Source of the DNA: an uncultured Muribaculaceae bacterium
GTDB taxonomy: Bacteria; Bacillota_I; Bacilli_A; RF39; UBA660
Direction: 5' to 3'
DNA length: 50,200 bases
NCBI GenBank assembly: GCA_964368535.1
Contig: CAYJBC010000001.1
Span: 9,800 to 59,999 of the forward strand
The notes beneath the pieces are model-generated. The model was given only the letters and a program-made list of their open reading frames with translations. It was not told where the DNA came from and made no database searches. Positions within the stretch are counted from its first letter, which is position 1, and each line of letters opens with the position of its first letter. This document shows, piece after piece, positions 28,384 through 36,394 of this stretch. The position numbers were made by a program, and so were the translations under genes.

Positions 28384-29955
28384 TTAGTTTACTGTATATG
28401 GTTCATTCCAAGTACCATTGCCCGTTACAATTGTATTGCTTTTGAGTGAAATCACTGGTCTAACACCTTTACTAGAGTTTACAGTTGTTCCTCCGTTGTT
28501 TCCATTTGAATATATAACATGGTTTTCTACCCTTGAACTAAGATTGTATTCTTTTGGAGATAATGTCCAATAATCTAACGGCGCCAATAAATAGTGATTT
28601 TGATTATCCCAATACATACCTGATTGCAAAACTTCATTAAATGATATCGTTGAAACAGGAAAAGTTAATGATGAATTTCCGAAAGTGTCATCATTAACTG
28701 TATACGCATCTAGTTTATTAGGACAAGTTAATGCAACGTCACTTGATCCAAAATATTGTGGTCTAAAACTTATATATGCAACAGGTGTTTGGCGGCTGTA
28801 ATCAGTGTAGGCTGTACGATCACCACAAAATAATGTGTCAGAAACATAACTATGGAATCCTGAATTATAAATATTAGTTTCATACCACTGGTCAATATAT
28901 GTTTTTATATTACTGGATTCTTTAAGACCGTGAAAATCATCATCGTACATATAACCAGCATATTTTGCTGTTGTATAACTTGCATTAAACAGCGAATTAC
29001 CAATACTTGTTTCGTTACTAAGCATCGTTACTTTTTGATCTTCAGTCGGCTTAGTTGGGCCGCTATATATCATACGAATACTACCATCACCATTTATTCT
29101 TATTATTCTCCAGTAAAATCCAGCGAAATACACCCAGTTATCATCAACAGCCCCTCTGAAATAATAACTAATCCCGTAATCATCTTGGCTTGCAAATACA
29201 CCTTCATCTACAGTAGCGTTTACTGAAAAATCTGGTTCAGTTTTTGATAAAATAGCTTTTTCGCCATCATTGTTTTCTAATATTTTGTAACTTAACAAGC
29301 TTTGATAGTCTTCTTTTTGTAGAATAAAAAATGAAGATAAACTTTTATTTTTATTGGCATTTTGATCTGCATTGTAATTTACAAAGATTAATTCCACATT
29401 CCACGTTTGCGTAGTGCCTTCGGTTGCATTAGTTGTTTCAATTTGGTATTCACTGGCAATTTGTAAAAGTCCTATATATGTAGTTATGTCAAATCCTGAT
29501 AATTCTTCGCCGTCAGCATCCAATACAGTTTTGTGTGTTACCCCATCAATTAATTTTAATTCTTCACCACTTGGATTTGTTATTTTTACCAGTAATTCTG
29601 GAGTTTCTGTATTTTGCGTATAAATAAATTCATTAGTTTGGATATGCAAGTAAACATTATAGTTCGAAGACGCAGACCCTGCTTCTACATCCGGAATTAG
29701 TTTTGCTGTTGATGTAGCCACTGTGTTTATTGATCCACTGGTTTCATTAAAATTATTAACCGATGCAGAAAGGATCATTTCTTCTCCAGGTGTAAATGTT
29801 AAATTTTCTAAAACTCCTGATGACAAATTAACATTTATTTCCTCAGCTGTATATAACTGTACAACAAAATATGCGAATGATACTGCTATTATCCCCACAC
29901 TTGCCACTAATACTATTAAAAGAATCATATTTTTTTTAGTCTTATTGAAATTCAT
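28384..29955 (-). CDS. Paralog P4: same N-module plus class-B C-module
   Basis: Start at ATG 29955 (MNFNKTKKNMILL...) behind AGGTGA. The track start at 29964 is a GTG inside the SD. Motifs: VSFAYFVVQ, FTPGEEMIL, AGSASSNYNVYL, TPELLVKIT, GFDITT, TQTWNVELIFVNYNADQNANK. Class-B motifs: DDYGISYYFRGAVDDNWVYFAGFYWRIIRINGDGSIRMIYSG, FCGD...CPNK, YWTLSP. C-terminus GVRPVISLKSNTIVTGNGTWNEPYTVN. Confidence 0.6.
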   Translation of the reverse strand: MNFNKTKKNMILLIVLVASVGIIAVSFAYFVVQLYTAEEINVNLSSGVLENLTFTPGEEMILSASVNNFNETSGSINTVATSTAKLIPDVEAGSASSNYNVYLHIQTNEFIYTQNTETPELLVKITNPSGEELKLIDGVTHKTVLDADGEELSGFDITTYIGLLQIASEYQIETTNATEGTTQTWNVELIFVNYNADQNANKNKSLSSFFILQKEDYQSLLSYKILENNDGEKAILSKTEPDFSVNATVDEGVFASQDDYGISYYFRGAVDDNWVYFAGFYWRIIRINGDGSIRMIYSGPTKPTEDQKVTMLSNETSIGNSLFNASYTTAKYAGYMYDDDFHGLKESSNIKTYIDQWYETNIYNSGFHSYVSDTLFCGDRTAYTDYSRQTPVAYISFRPQYFGSSDVALTCPNKLDAYTVNDDTFGNSSLTFPVSTISFNEVLQSGMYWDNQNHYLLAPLDYWTLSPKEYNLSSRVENHVIYSNGNNGGTTVNSSKGVRPVISLKSNTIVTGNGTWNEPYTVN

Positions 29956-30000
29956 ATGTTTCACCTATTATAAATTATACATTATATATCTTTTTTTTTC
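29956..30000 (-). promoter_or_regulatory. Candidate promoter and short leader of the P4-P1 operon
   Basis: Lies between the valS terminator and the P4 start. Minus strand reads ...GATATATAATGTATAATTTATAATAGGTGAAACATATG, with a TATAAT hexamer at 29979-29974 and the SD AGGTGA. It is loosely similar to the 32-nt box upstream of P5, P6 and the WG-like operon. Confidence 0.35.
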
Positions 30001-30032
30001 AATAAAAAAGCATTAAGATTTTATCTTAATGC
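30001..30032 (-). terminator. valS rho-independent terminator
   Basis: Perfect 9-bp stem GCATTAAGA/TCTTAATGC (30010-30018 and 30024-30032) with a 5-nt loop containing the TAA stop. Followed on the minus strand by TTTTTTATT. Confidence 0.7.
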
Positions 30033-32543
30033 TTCCAGTTCTTTTATTTCTTTTTCCAATGATTCTTTTTCTTTTTCTACTAATTCAACCGGAGCTTTTG
30101 ATATATAATTATCATTTGAAAGTAGTTTTTTTCTTCTTTCGATACTACTTTCTAATGATTTTACTTGTTTTTCTTTTAGAAGTATATCTTCTTCTGTCTC
30201 TTCTTTTTCAAAATATATTGTCATACCATATTCTTTAGTGAATACATCAAACGAAGTGATGTTTAAGGTGTTAGTTATAATATTGTTTTCTAGTTTTAAT
30301 ATTTTATTTATAAGTGAATAATCATTTTCTTTTGTAATTATTACTTTTAAATCGTTAGTTATTTTATTGTCTAACTTTACATTTCTAAACATTTTAATGA
30401 ATGAAATCATTTCATCAATTAAAGATTCTTCTTTTTTAAACATTAAATTTTTATCATACACTGGGTACTTTTCAATCATAATTGAATCTTCATTTTTAAC
30501 TGGTAACATATTATATATTTCCTCAGTAATAAATGGTGTAAATGGATGCATCAGTTTTAATATTTTATCCATTACATATATAAGTGTGTTTTTAGTAGAT
30601 ATTTTATCTAAACTAAATTTACTCATTTCTATATAGTTATCACAAAAATCTGACCATATAAAATTATATAATGTATTTCCTACTAAATTGAAATCATATT
30701 TTTCCATGTTTTTAGTAACTTCTTTTATAACTTTATTTAATTTAGTTAATATCCATTTATCTTTATTTTCTAAATCATTTAATTTTATTTCTTTTAATTC
30801 TTCAGTATTCATAAGAACGTATCTAGATGCATTCCATAATTTATTTAAAAAATTCCAAGATGATGCCACTTTATCAATATCAAATCTTAAGTCTAAACCA
30901 GCTGCACTATTAGTTGTTAAGAATAATCTAAGTGCATCTGTTCCATATTCTTTAATTACATCCATTGGATCTATTCCATTACCTAAACTTTTTGACATTT
31001 TACGCCCATCTTTATCCCTAATAAGTCCATGTATCAAACATTCTTTAAATGGTCTTTGATTAGTAAAATGTAGTCCTTGGAATGTCATACGATTTACCCA
31101 AAAAGGTATAATATCATAACCTGTAACTAGTACATTATTTGGGTAATATCTTTTATAATCATCTGTAATATTTGGCCAACCTAAAGTACTAAATGGCCAT
31201 AACGCTGATGAAAACCATGTATCTAGTACATCTGGATCTTGAACCCATCCATCACCTTCTGGAGCTTTATCTCCAACATAAACTTCTTCGCCATTATACC
31301 ATGCTGGTATTCTATGTCCCCACCATAATTGTCTTGATATACACCAGTCATAAGTTATTTCCATCCAGTGATTCATTATTTTTTCAAATCTCTCTGGAAC
31401 GAAATTTACTTTTGAATCTTTTTTCTTTTGATTTTCTAAAACTTTGTCAGCAAGTGGTCTCATTTTTACAAACCATTGTTTAGAAAGATATGGTTCAACT
31501 ACTGCGTTTGTTCTCTCGGAATGCCCTACACTATGCGTCATTTCTTCTATTTTAATAAGTAAATTGAGTCCCTTAAGCTTTTCAACTAATTTTTTTCTAG
31601 CATCAAAACGATCTAGCCCTGCGTACTCTAGTGCATTGTCATTCATTGTTCCATTTGCATTTATACACATAACTCTTTCTAAGTTATGTCTATTTCCTAC
31701 TTCAAAGTCATTTGGATCATGTGCAGGAGTTATTTTAACTACTCCAGTACCAAATTCAGGATCAGCATGAGAGTCGCCTACTACCGGTATTTTTTTACCC
31801 GATATAGGTAATATTACATATTTACCGATTAAACCCTTATATCTATCATCTTTTGGATTTACTGCTACTGCAGTATCTCCAAATAATGTTTCTGGTCTTG
31901 TAGTTGCTACTTCTAAATATTCTTGAGTTCCATCAATCATATACTTCAAATGATAAAATGCTCCAGTGATATCTTTATATATAACTTCCTCATTAGATAA
32001 GGCTGTCATTGCTTCAGGATCCCAGTTAATTATTCTTTCTCCTCGATAAATCAAACCTTCATTATACATTTTTATAAAAACTTCATTTACTGTTTGAGAC
32101 AATTCTTTATCTAGTGTAAATCTTTCTTTAGAATAACATAGTGAAAGACCCATTTTAGCCCATTGATTTCTTATATTTTCAGAATATTCTTCTTTCCATT
32201 TCCAAGCAATATCTAGCCAAGCATCTCTATCCATTTCTCTAGGATTAACACCTTCACTTTTAAGTTTTGCATCAACTTTGGCTTGAGTAGCAATTCCTGC
32301 ATGATCCATTCCAGCAAGCCACATTGCATCATAACCTTGCATTCTTTTGAATCTAATAAGAATATCTTGAATAGATGTATCCCATGCATGACCTAAATGA
32401 AGTTTACCGGTTACATTTGGTGGAGGTATAACTATTGAAAATGGTTCTTTTTCTTTTTTATCAGCTTCAAAATATTTATTTTTAAGCCAAAAATCATATT
32501 TGCCTTCTTCTACTTTAGTATGATTATATTTTGTTTCTAACAT
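30021..32543 (-). CDS. valS: Valine--tRNA ligase
   Basis: 840 aa. PPPNVTGKLHLGHA (HIGH), KMSKSLGN (KMSKS), a CP1 editing region and a C-terminal coiled coil. Confidence 0.97.
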   Translation of the reverse strand: MLETKYNHTKVEEGKYDFWLKNKYFEADKKEKEPFSIVIPPPNVTGKLHLGHAWDTSIQDILIRFKRMQGYDAMWLAGMDHAGIATQAKVDAKLKSEGVNPREMDRDAWLDIAWKWKEEYSENIRNQWAKMGLSLCYSKERFTLDKELSQTVNEVFIKMYNEGLIYRGERIINWDPEAMTALSNEEVIYKDITGAFYHLKYMIDGTQEYLEVATTRPETLFGDTAVAVNPKDDRYKGLIGKYVILPISGKKIPVVGDSHADPEFGTGVVKITPAHDPNDFEVGNRHNLERVMCINANGTMNDNALEYAGLDRFDARKKLVEKLKGLNLLIKIEEMTHSVGHSERTNAVVEPYLSKQWFVKMRPLADKVLENQKKKDSKVNFVPERFEKIMNHWMEITYDWCISRQLWWGHRIPAWYNGEEVYVGDKAPEGDGWVQDPDVLDTWFSSALWPFSTLGWPNITDDYKRYYPNNVLVTGYDIIPFWVNRMTFQGLHFTNQRPFKECLIHGLIRDKDGRKMSKSLGNGIDPMDVIKEYGTDALRLFLTTNSAAGLDLRFDIDKVASSWNFLNKLWNASRYVLMNTEELKEIKLNDLENKDKWILTKLNKVIKEVTKNMEKYDFNLVGNTLYNFIWSDFCDNYIEMSKFSLDKISTKNTLIYVMDKILKLMHPFTPFITEEIYNMLPVKNEDSIMIEKYPVYDKNLMFKKEESLIDEMISFIKMFRNVKLDNKITNDLKVIITKENDYSLINKILKLENNIITNTLNITSFDVFTKEYGMTIYFEKEETEEDILLKEKQVKSLESSIERRKKLLSNDNYISKAPVELVEKEKESLEKEIKELEALR

Positions 32544-32544
32544 T

Positions 32545-33246
32545 TTAATTCCTACTTTCTATTTGTTTTTGAATTGTATTTACCACTTTTTTAAATTTAT
32601 CATTGAATTTTGGTAAATTTTCTTTATATATTACTGATAGTTCTTCATAAACTTCTTCAAAATTTACATCATTTATATAAGCAAGCATCGCAGCCCATTC
32701 ATCATTTGTGTTTTTTACATTTTTGTAGTCCACTATTTTATGATTTACAATGTCTTCTTCGACTTCTTTACTTATAGCATCATTTGTCATTTCTTCTTCA
32801 ATTAAATTAACGAAATACTTAATAATACTTAATTTATCCATATCCCTAATATATTTTGCAAAAAATATTTTTCTTGCATCGTTTGTCTTTTCAATTTCTT
32901 TTTTATTATGATTTTTAATTGCATACTTAATTACTTCGTAATCTTCTTCATTATCCCAAAAATTTTTTATGTATCCTTCTTCAAATAATACGACCACTGA
33001 ATAATCAGCATGATCCATATTTATATTATCAAAATAAGAACCAAACATTTCTAGTTGTTTAAATCTACCAAAATCATGCAATAAACCAATTAATTTGACT
33101 AACTCTTTATCTTGTTCATTCAATTTTAATATGTCTGCATATTTTATACATGTATTCATTACATCTATACTATGATTATATTTATGTTTAATTTTTTCAT
33201 TTTGCATATCAAAATCTTTTAAATAATTTTCAAAACTTTCTAACAT
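32545..33246 (-). CDS. HD-domain phosphohydrolase-like protein, first gene of the T-box/valS operon
   Basis: 233 aa. H..(N)..HS...V and GLLHDFGRF...DHADYS form an HD metal-binding pattern. The stop lies 1 nt before the valS ATG. Confidence 0.7.
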   Translation of the reverse strand: MLESFENYLKDFDMQNEKIKHKYNHSIDVMNTCIKYADILKLNEQDKELVKLIGLLHDFGRFKQLEMFGSYFDNINMDHADYSVVVLFEEGYIKNFWDNEEDYEVIKYAIKNHNKKEIEKTNDARKIFFAKYIRDMDKLSIIKYFVNLIEEEMTNDAISKEVEEDIVNHKIVDYKNVKNTNDEWAAMLAYINDVNFEEVYEELSVIYKENLPKFNDKFKKVVNTIQKQIESRN

Positions 33247-33254
33247 TTGTCCTC

Positions 33255-33445
33255 TTTTCCAAAATAAAAAGATGATACCAAAGGGCGCAATAAGCGCGGT
33301 ACCACCTTAATTTTTATCTTTTGATATAACGCATCATTTACGATTTAAACTCAATTTACAACCTTCAACTGCTTACACTATTAGTTTACACCATACACTA
33401 ACTCTCTATAAGTTTAACAATTTACTCCTTAAATGTCCTCGTTTA
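33255..33445 (-). promoter_or_regulatory. T-box riboswitch leader (tRNA-sensing transcription attenuator)
   Basis: Minus strand carries AGAGAG (33408-33403) and the T-box sequence AAUUAAGGUGGUACCGCG (33312-33295). These are followed by the GC-rich hairpin GCGC-UUAUU-GCGC, extended by GGUACC/GGUAUC pairing, then UCUUUUUAUUUU, and then the SD and ATG of the HD gene. The 5' boundary is approximate. Confidence 0.85.
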
Positions 33446-33471
33446 ACAATATTATTTTAACAAATTATTAA

Positions 33472-34263
33472 TTAAATTTCAAGTAGTTCCCCATCGACAT
33501 ATATTCCGTTGTCTTCTACAGTTACTTCTTCAGCAGTAATGTATACATATTTTTCTTCTATATCTTCATAAATATAAGTAGCTAAATTAGTAGTTATTAC
33601 AAAATAATTTTCTGTTATATACAAATCATTTATATTATATGACCATAAATATTCTAAACCATTATAATCATATATTTTATAGTATTCATCCTCTGTAGAT
33701 ATTATAAATCTATCATTATACGTATATATCTCTTCATATGTGTCAGTAATTGATTCATTTTCATTATTTACTAAATACTGTCCAGAATCATCTTGTACTA
33801 AAAATTCAGTTGCATCCTTTTGCATTATTATATCTTGGTAAACAAAAGGAACTACCACTTTCATTTTATCTAAGTCAAATACTCCATATTTATCACTTAC
33901 AAGTCCAATTAAATATTTTTCAGACAAATTATCATCCAAATATTTTATATCATCTATTGTTGTTATATCATTTCCTGAAACAAAATCATATAAATAATAT
34001 TTATCGTTATCACTTATGAAAGCATAATTACCATAGGTAGCATTAGGGAATTTACAATCTTCACTTTTACATGTGTAAGTTCCTAATAATTCTTCATTGT
34101 TATAAAAATACAGTTTTCCTTCGTATACACTTTTCATTTCTGGATTATCTATGGTACTTATATTAAATATTTTTAAATAAGCACCATAGATTGTCATTAT
34201 ACTAAATATAACTAATAGAACAACTATAATAATATATATTACTTTTTGATTGCTTTTTATCAT
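33472..34263 (-). CDS. Membrane-anchored WG-like (YG-variant) repeat protein
   Basis: 263 aa. N-terminal TM. DKYGVFDLDKMKVVVPFVYQDI resembles KWG/WG repeats. ATGA overlap with the upstream gene. Confidence 0.5.
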   Translation of the reverse strand: MIKSNQKVIYIIIVVLLVIFSIMTIYGAYLKIFNISTIDNPEMKSVYEGKLYFYNNEELLGTYTCKSEDCKFPNATYGNYAFISDNDKYYLYDFVSGNDITTIDDIKYLDDNLSEKYLIGLVSDKYGVFDLDKMKVVVPFVYQDIIMQKDATEFLVQDDSGQYLVNNENESITDTYEEIYTYNDRFIISTEDEYYKIYDYNGLEYLWSYNINDLYITENYFVITTNLATYIYEDIEEKYVYITAEEVTVEDNGIYVDGELLEI

Positions 34264-36320
34264 AGTAAATCGCCATTAGAATCAAAACTATATGTTTGAA
34301 CTACTTTTTTATTAGCGTCTATTAATTCTATTTTAAATCCAGCTGATCCATTGTCTACGAAATTAAAATCATCTGTTGTTACAGTTACTTCTTTAGATAA
34401 TATATTTACTTTACCAGATGTATATTTATATACACCAAGTGTTTTGCCATCTGCCGCTAAAAAGACATTATCACCAAGCATTATTTCTGTAGCAGGGTTA
34501 GATATTATACTGCCATTCATACTGTATACCAAATATTTACCATCACTTGATTTAACTTTGATATATCCATCTACAAAATCTATTACTTCATTTTTAATAC
34601 TTGTAGATGAACCAGTTAATTCTTTGCCGGCAGAATCATATATTTTATATTCTCCATCACTATTTTTAGCAAGATATCCATTATTTAATATTTCTATACT
34701 AGTATATTCAAATGGTATAAATCCTTTAACATCACTACTTGTCATATTAACAATACCATATAACTTTTTACTATTCTGAGCCATTATCAATAAATTACTT
34801 GTAGTAGCTGAAATTATTTGATCTTCACTATTGTAATAGCCAACATCAACTTTAATGTATGTAGCTACATCTTTATTATCTTCTAAGTTATATAATATAA
34901 TATTGTCATTAGCTGATGAAGAGCTAGCATCATTTATAAATACATACTTATTATTATATATTGGTATGTACCCTAATGTATCTTTTGAATTTGTTCTATT
35001 TAATAATTTACTTTCTTTAGCTATAAAACATGTAGTAAATTCAGTTGTTTCTTCAGTTACATTATTTTCATTTTCACACTCATAAGATCCTATAACTTCT
35101 GTTTTATCAGCATCTTGGTAAATATAAATTATTCCATCTATATAATTTATATATTCATATTTAGAATTAATATTAGCTTCGTATGTATTAATACTTTCTT
35201 CTTTATTATCTATTGTAATTTTTAAAAGACCTTCTCCATCTAAAACTATTTTATAGCTTTCTTCACTACTTAGTGTTTTATAACTTTTATCTAGGACTGC
35301 TTCCTTTATGTATTTTTCGCTAGATAATTCGTATCCAATTTCATTAAGTTTATTTCCTATGTGGTTTACAATAAATAGTTTTGAATCAGATACGTATTCT
35401 GCATAGTTACCAGTTATATTTGCATAATCAAAGCTGCCATCTAATACTCTTTCTTTTGTATAATTTATTATATAATAATTAGTAGCTTTTAAGACTATCA
35501 AATTTTCATCATTATAACTAACTATTTGATCTGATATATCTGATACTGCAGATGTTCCATCATTTTTTAACAAGCCATATTTACCATCTTTTTCATAAGA
35601 AATATTTTCTTTGCCATCTAATGATCCTAAGTAAGAATATTCAAAAGGTACTAAATCTACTTTTCCTGTTTCATCGAATGAAATAATCCCAAATAAATCT
35701 TCTTCATTTTGAAGTATTAAAGCACTATCTCCATATTTTTTAGCGGTTTTATATTCACCTAAAATTTCTTCATTTTTTATATCATATAATAATAGTTTCT
35801 TATCTTCATCATTCTCGAAGTCGTAAATAAACACAAAATTATCTTCATAAGTCGGTATACTAAACTCCATTAGATTTCCATCTTCATCATAATATTTTGA
35901 ATTATTTAATACTTCGTCTTGATTATAATAACCAATTAAACATTTTGTTTCATCTTGGTTTTCACATTCATAAGTTCCAAGTTCTTTATCACTCTTATCT
36001 AAAAACACTAATGTTCCATTTTCGTATCTATAGTTATTCATTTCCAGTATAATATCTGGAGTTTCATCAGTTTTTTTATCCTCATCATCCTTAAACACCA
36101 CGAAGTATAAAATTACTCCTGCAATGACTAGAGTGACAAAAATTATCGCAGATATAAAAATTATTTTTTGGTTTTTACTCATTTTTTTAAACCAATTTCT
36201 TTTATTTTTCTTTATTTTTTTGTATTCTTCATGTTCAGATGTAACTTCTTCTATTTCGGCATTTACTATTTCTTCTTCCTCTTTAACTATTTGTTCAATT
36301 TCATTATTATATTCTTCCAT
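34260..36320 (-). CDS. Membrane-anchored WG-like repeat protein with an acidic cytoplasmic N-terminus
   Basis: Start at ATG 36320 (MEEYNNE...), with the SD GAGG inside the 6-codon track extension. E/K-rich N-terminus then a TM. Repeats include DGKYGLLKNDGTSAV, LFGIISFDETGKVDLVPFEYSYL and LYGIVNMTSSDVKGFIPFEYTSI. Confidence 0.5.
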   Translation of the reverse strand: MEEYNNEIEQIVKEEEEIVNAEIEEVTSEHEEYKKIKKNKRNWFKKMSKNQKIIFISAIIFVTLVIAGVILYFVVFKDDEDKKTDETPDIILEMNNYRYENGTLVFLDKSDKELGTYECENQDETKCLIGYYNQDEVLNNSKYYDEDGNLMEFSIPTYEDNFVFIYDFENDEDKKLLLYDIKNEEILGEYKTAKKYGDSALILQNEEDLFGIISFDETGKVDLVPFEYSYLGSLDGKENISYEKDGKYGLLKNDGTSAVSDISDQIVSYNDENLIVLKATNYYIINYTKERVLDGSFDYANITGNYAEYVSDSKLFIVNHIGNKLNEIGYELSSEKYIKEAVLDKSYKTLSSEESYKIVLDGEGLLKITIDNKEESINTYEANINSKYEYINYIDGIIYIYQDADKTEVIGSYECENENNVTEETTEFTTCFIAKESKLLNRTNSKDTLGYIPIYNNKYVFINDASSSSANDNIILYNLEDNKDVATYIKVDVGYYNSEDQIISATTSNLLIMAQNSKKLYGIVNMTSSDVKGFIPFEYTSIEILNNGYLAKNSDGEYKIYDSAGKELTGSSTSIKNEVIDFVDGYIKVKSSDGKYLVYSMNGSIISNPATEIMLGDNVFLAADGKTLGVYKYTSGKVNILSKEVTVTTDDFNFVDNGSAGFKIELIDANKKVVQTYSFDSNGDLL

Positions 36321-36352
36321 ATAGTACCTCACTATCATAATTATATTATCAT
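36321..36352 (-). promoter_or_regulatory. Conserved 32-nt promoter/leader box, copy 1 (WG-like operon)
   Basis: Minus strand reads ATGATAATATAATTATGATAGTGAGGTACTAT followed by ATG. TGaTAATAT looks like an extended -10. ATGATAGTGAGG supplies the SD. Confidence 0.5.
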
Positions 36353-36394
36353 AAAAAAAACAAAAAATAAATATGTTGTCTTACATATTTATTT
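36353..36394 (-). terminator. P5 terminator
   Basis: 12-bp AT-rich stem AAATAAATATGT/ACATATTTATTT (36365-36376 and 36383-36394) with a 6-nt loop. Followed on the minus strand by TTTGTTTTTTTT. Confidence 0.6.

Noticed and set aside
30029-31770. Five plus-strand ORFs of 69-123 aa (30029-30238, 30367-30636, 30688-31059, 31193-31483, 31444-31770)
   Set aside because: They lie antisense to the highly conserved valS coding sequence. Their products are low-complexity L/F/S/I-rich strings typical of the reverse frame of AT-rich genes. No SD or promoter is evident.
33410-33460. Three copies of TTGTTAAA (minus strand) at the 5' end of the T-box leader, considered as a possible regulator binding site
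   Set aside because: The repeats probably form part of the promoter or the base of Stem I. In sequence this AT-rich, an 8-mer repeated within 50 nt is weak evidence. They are mentioned only under the T-box finding.
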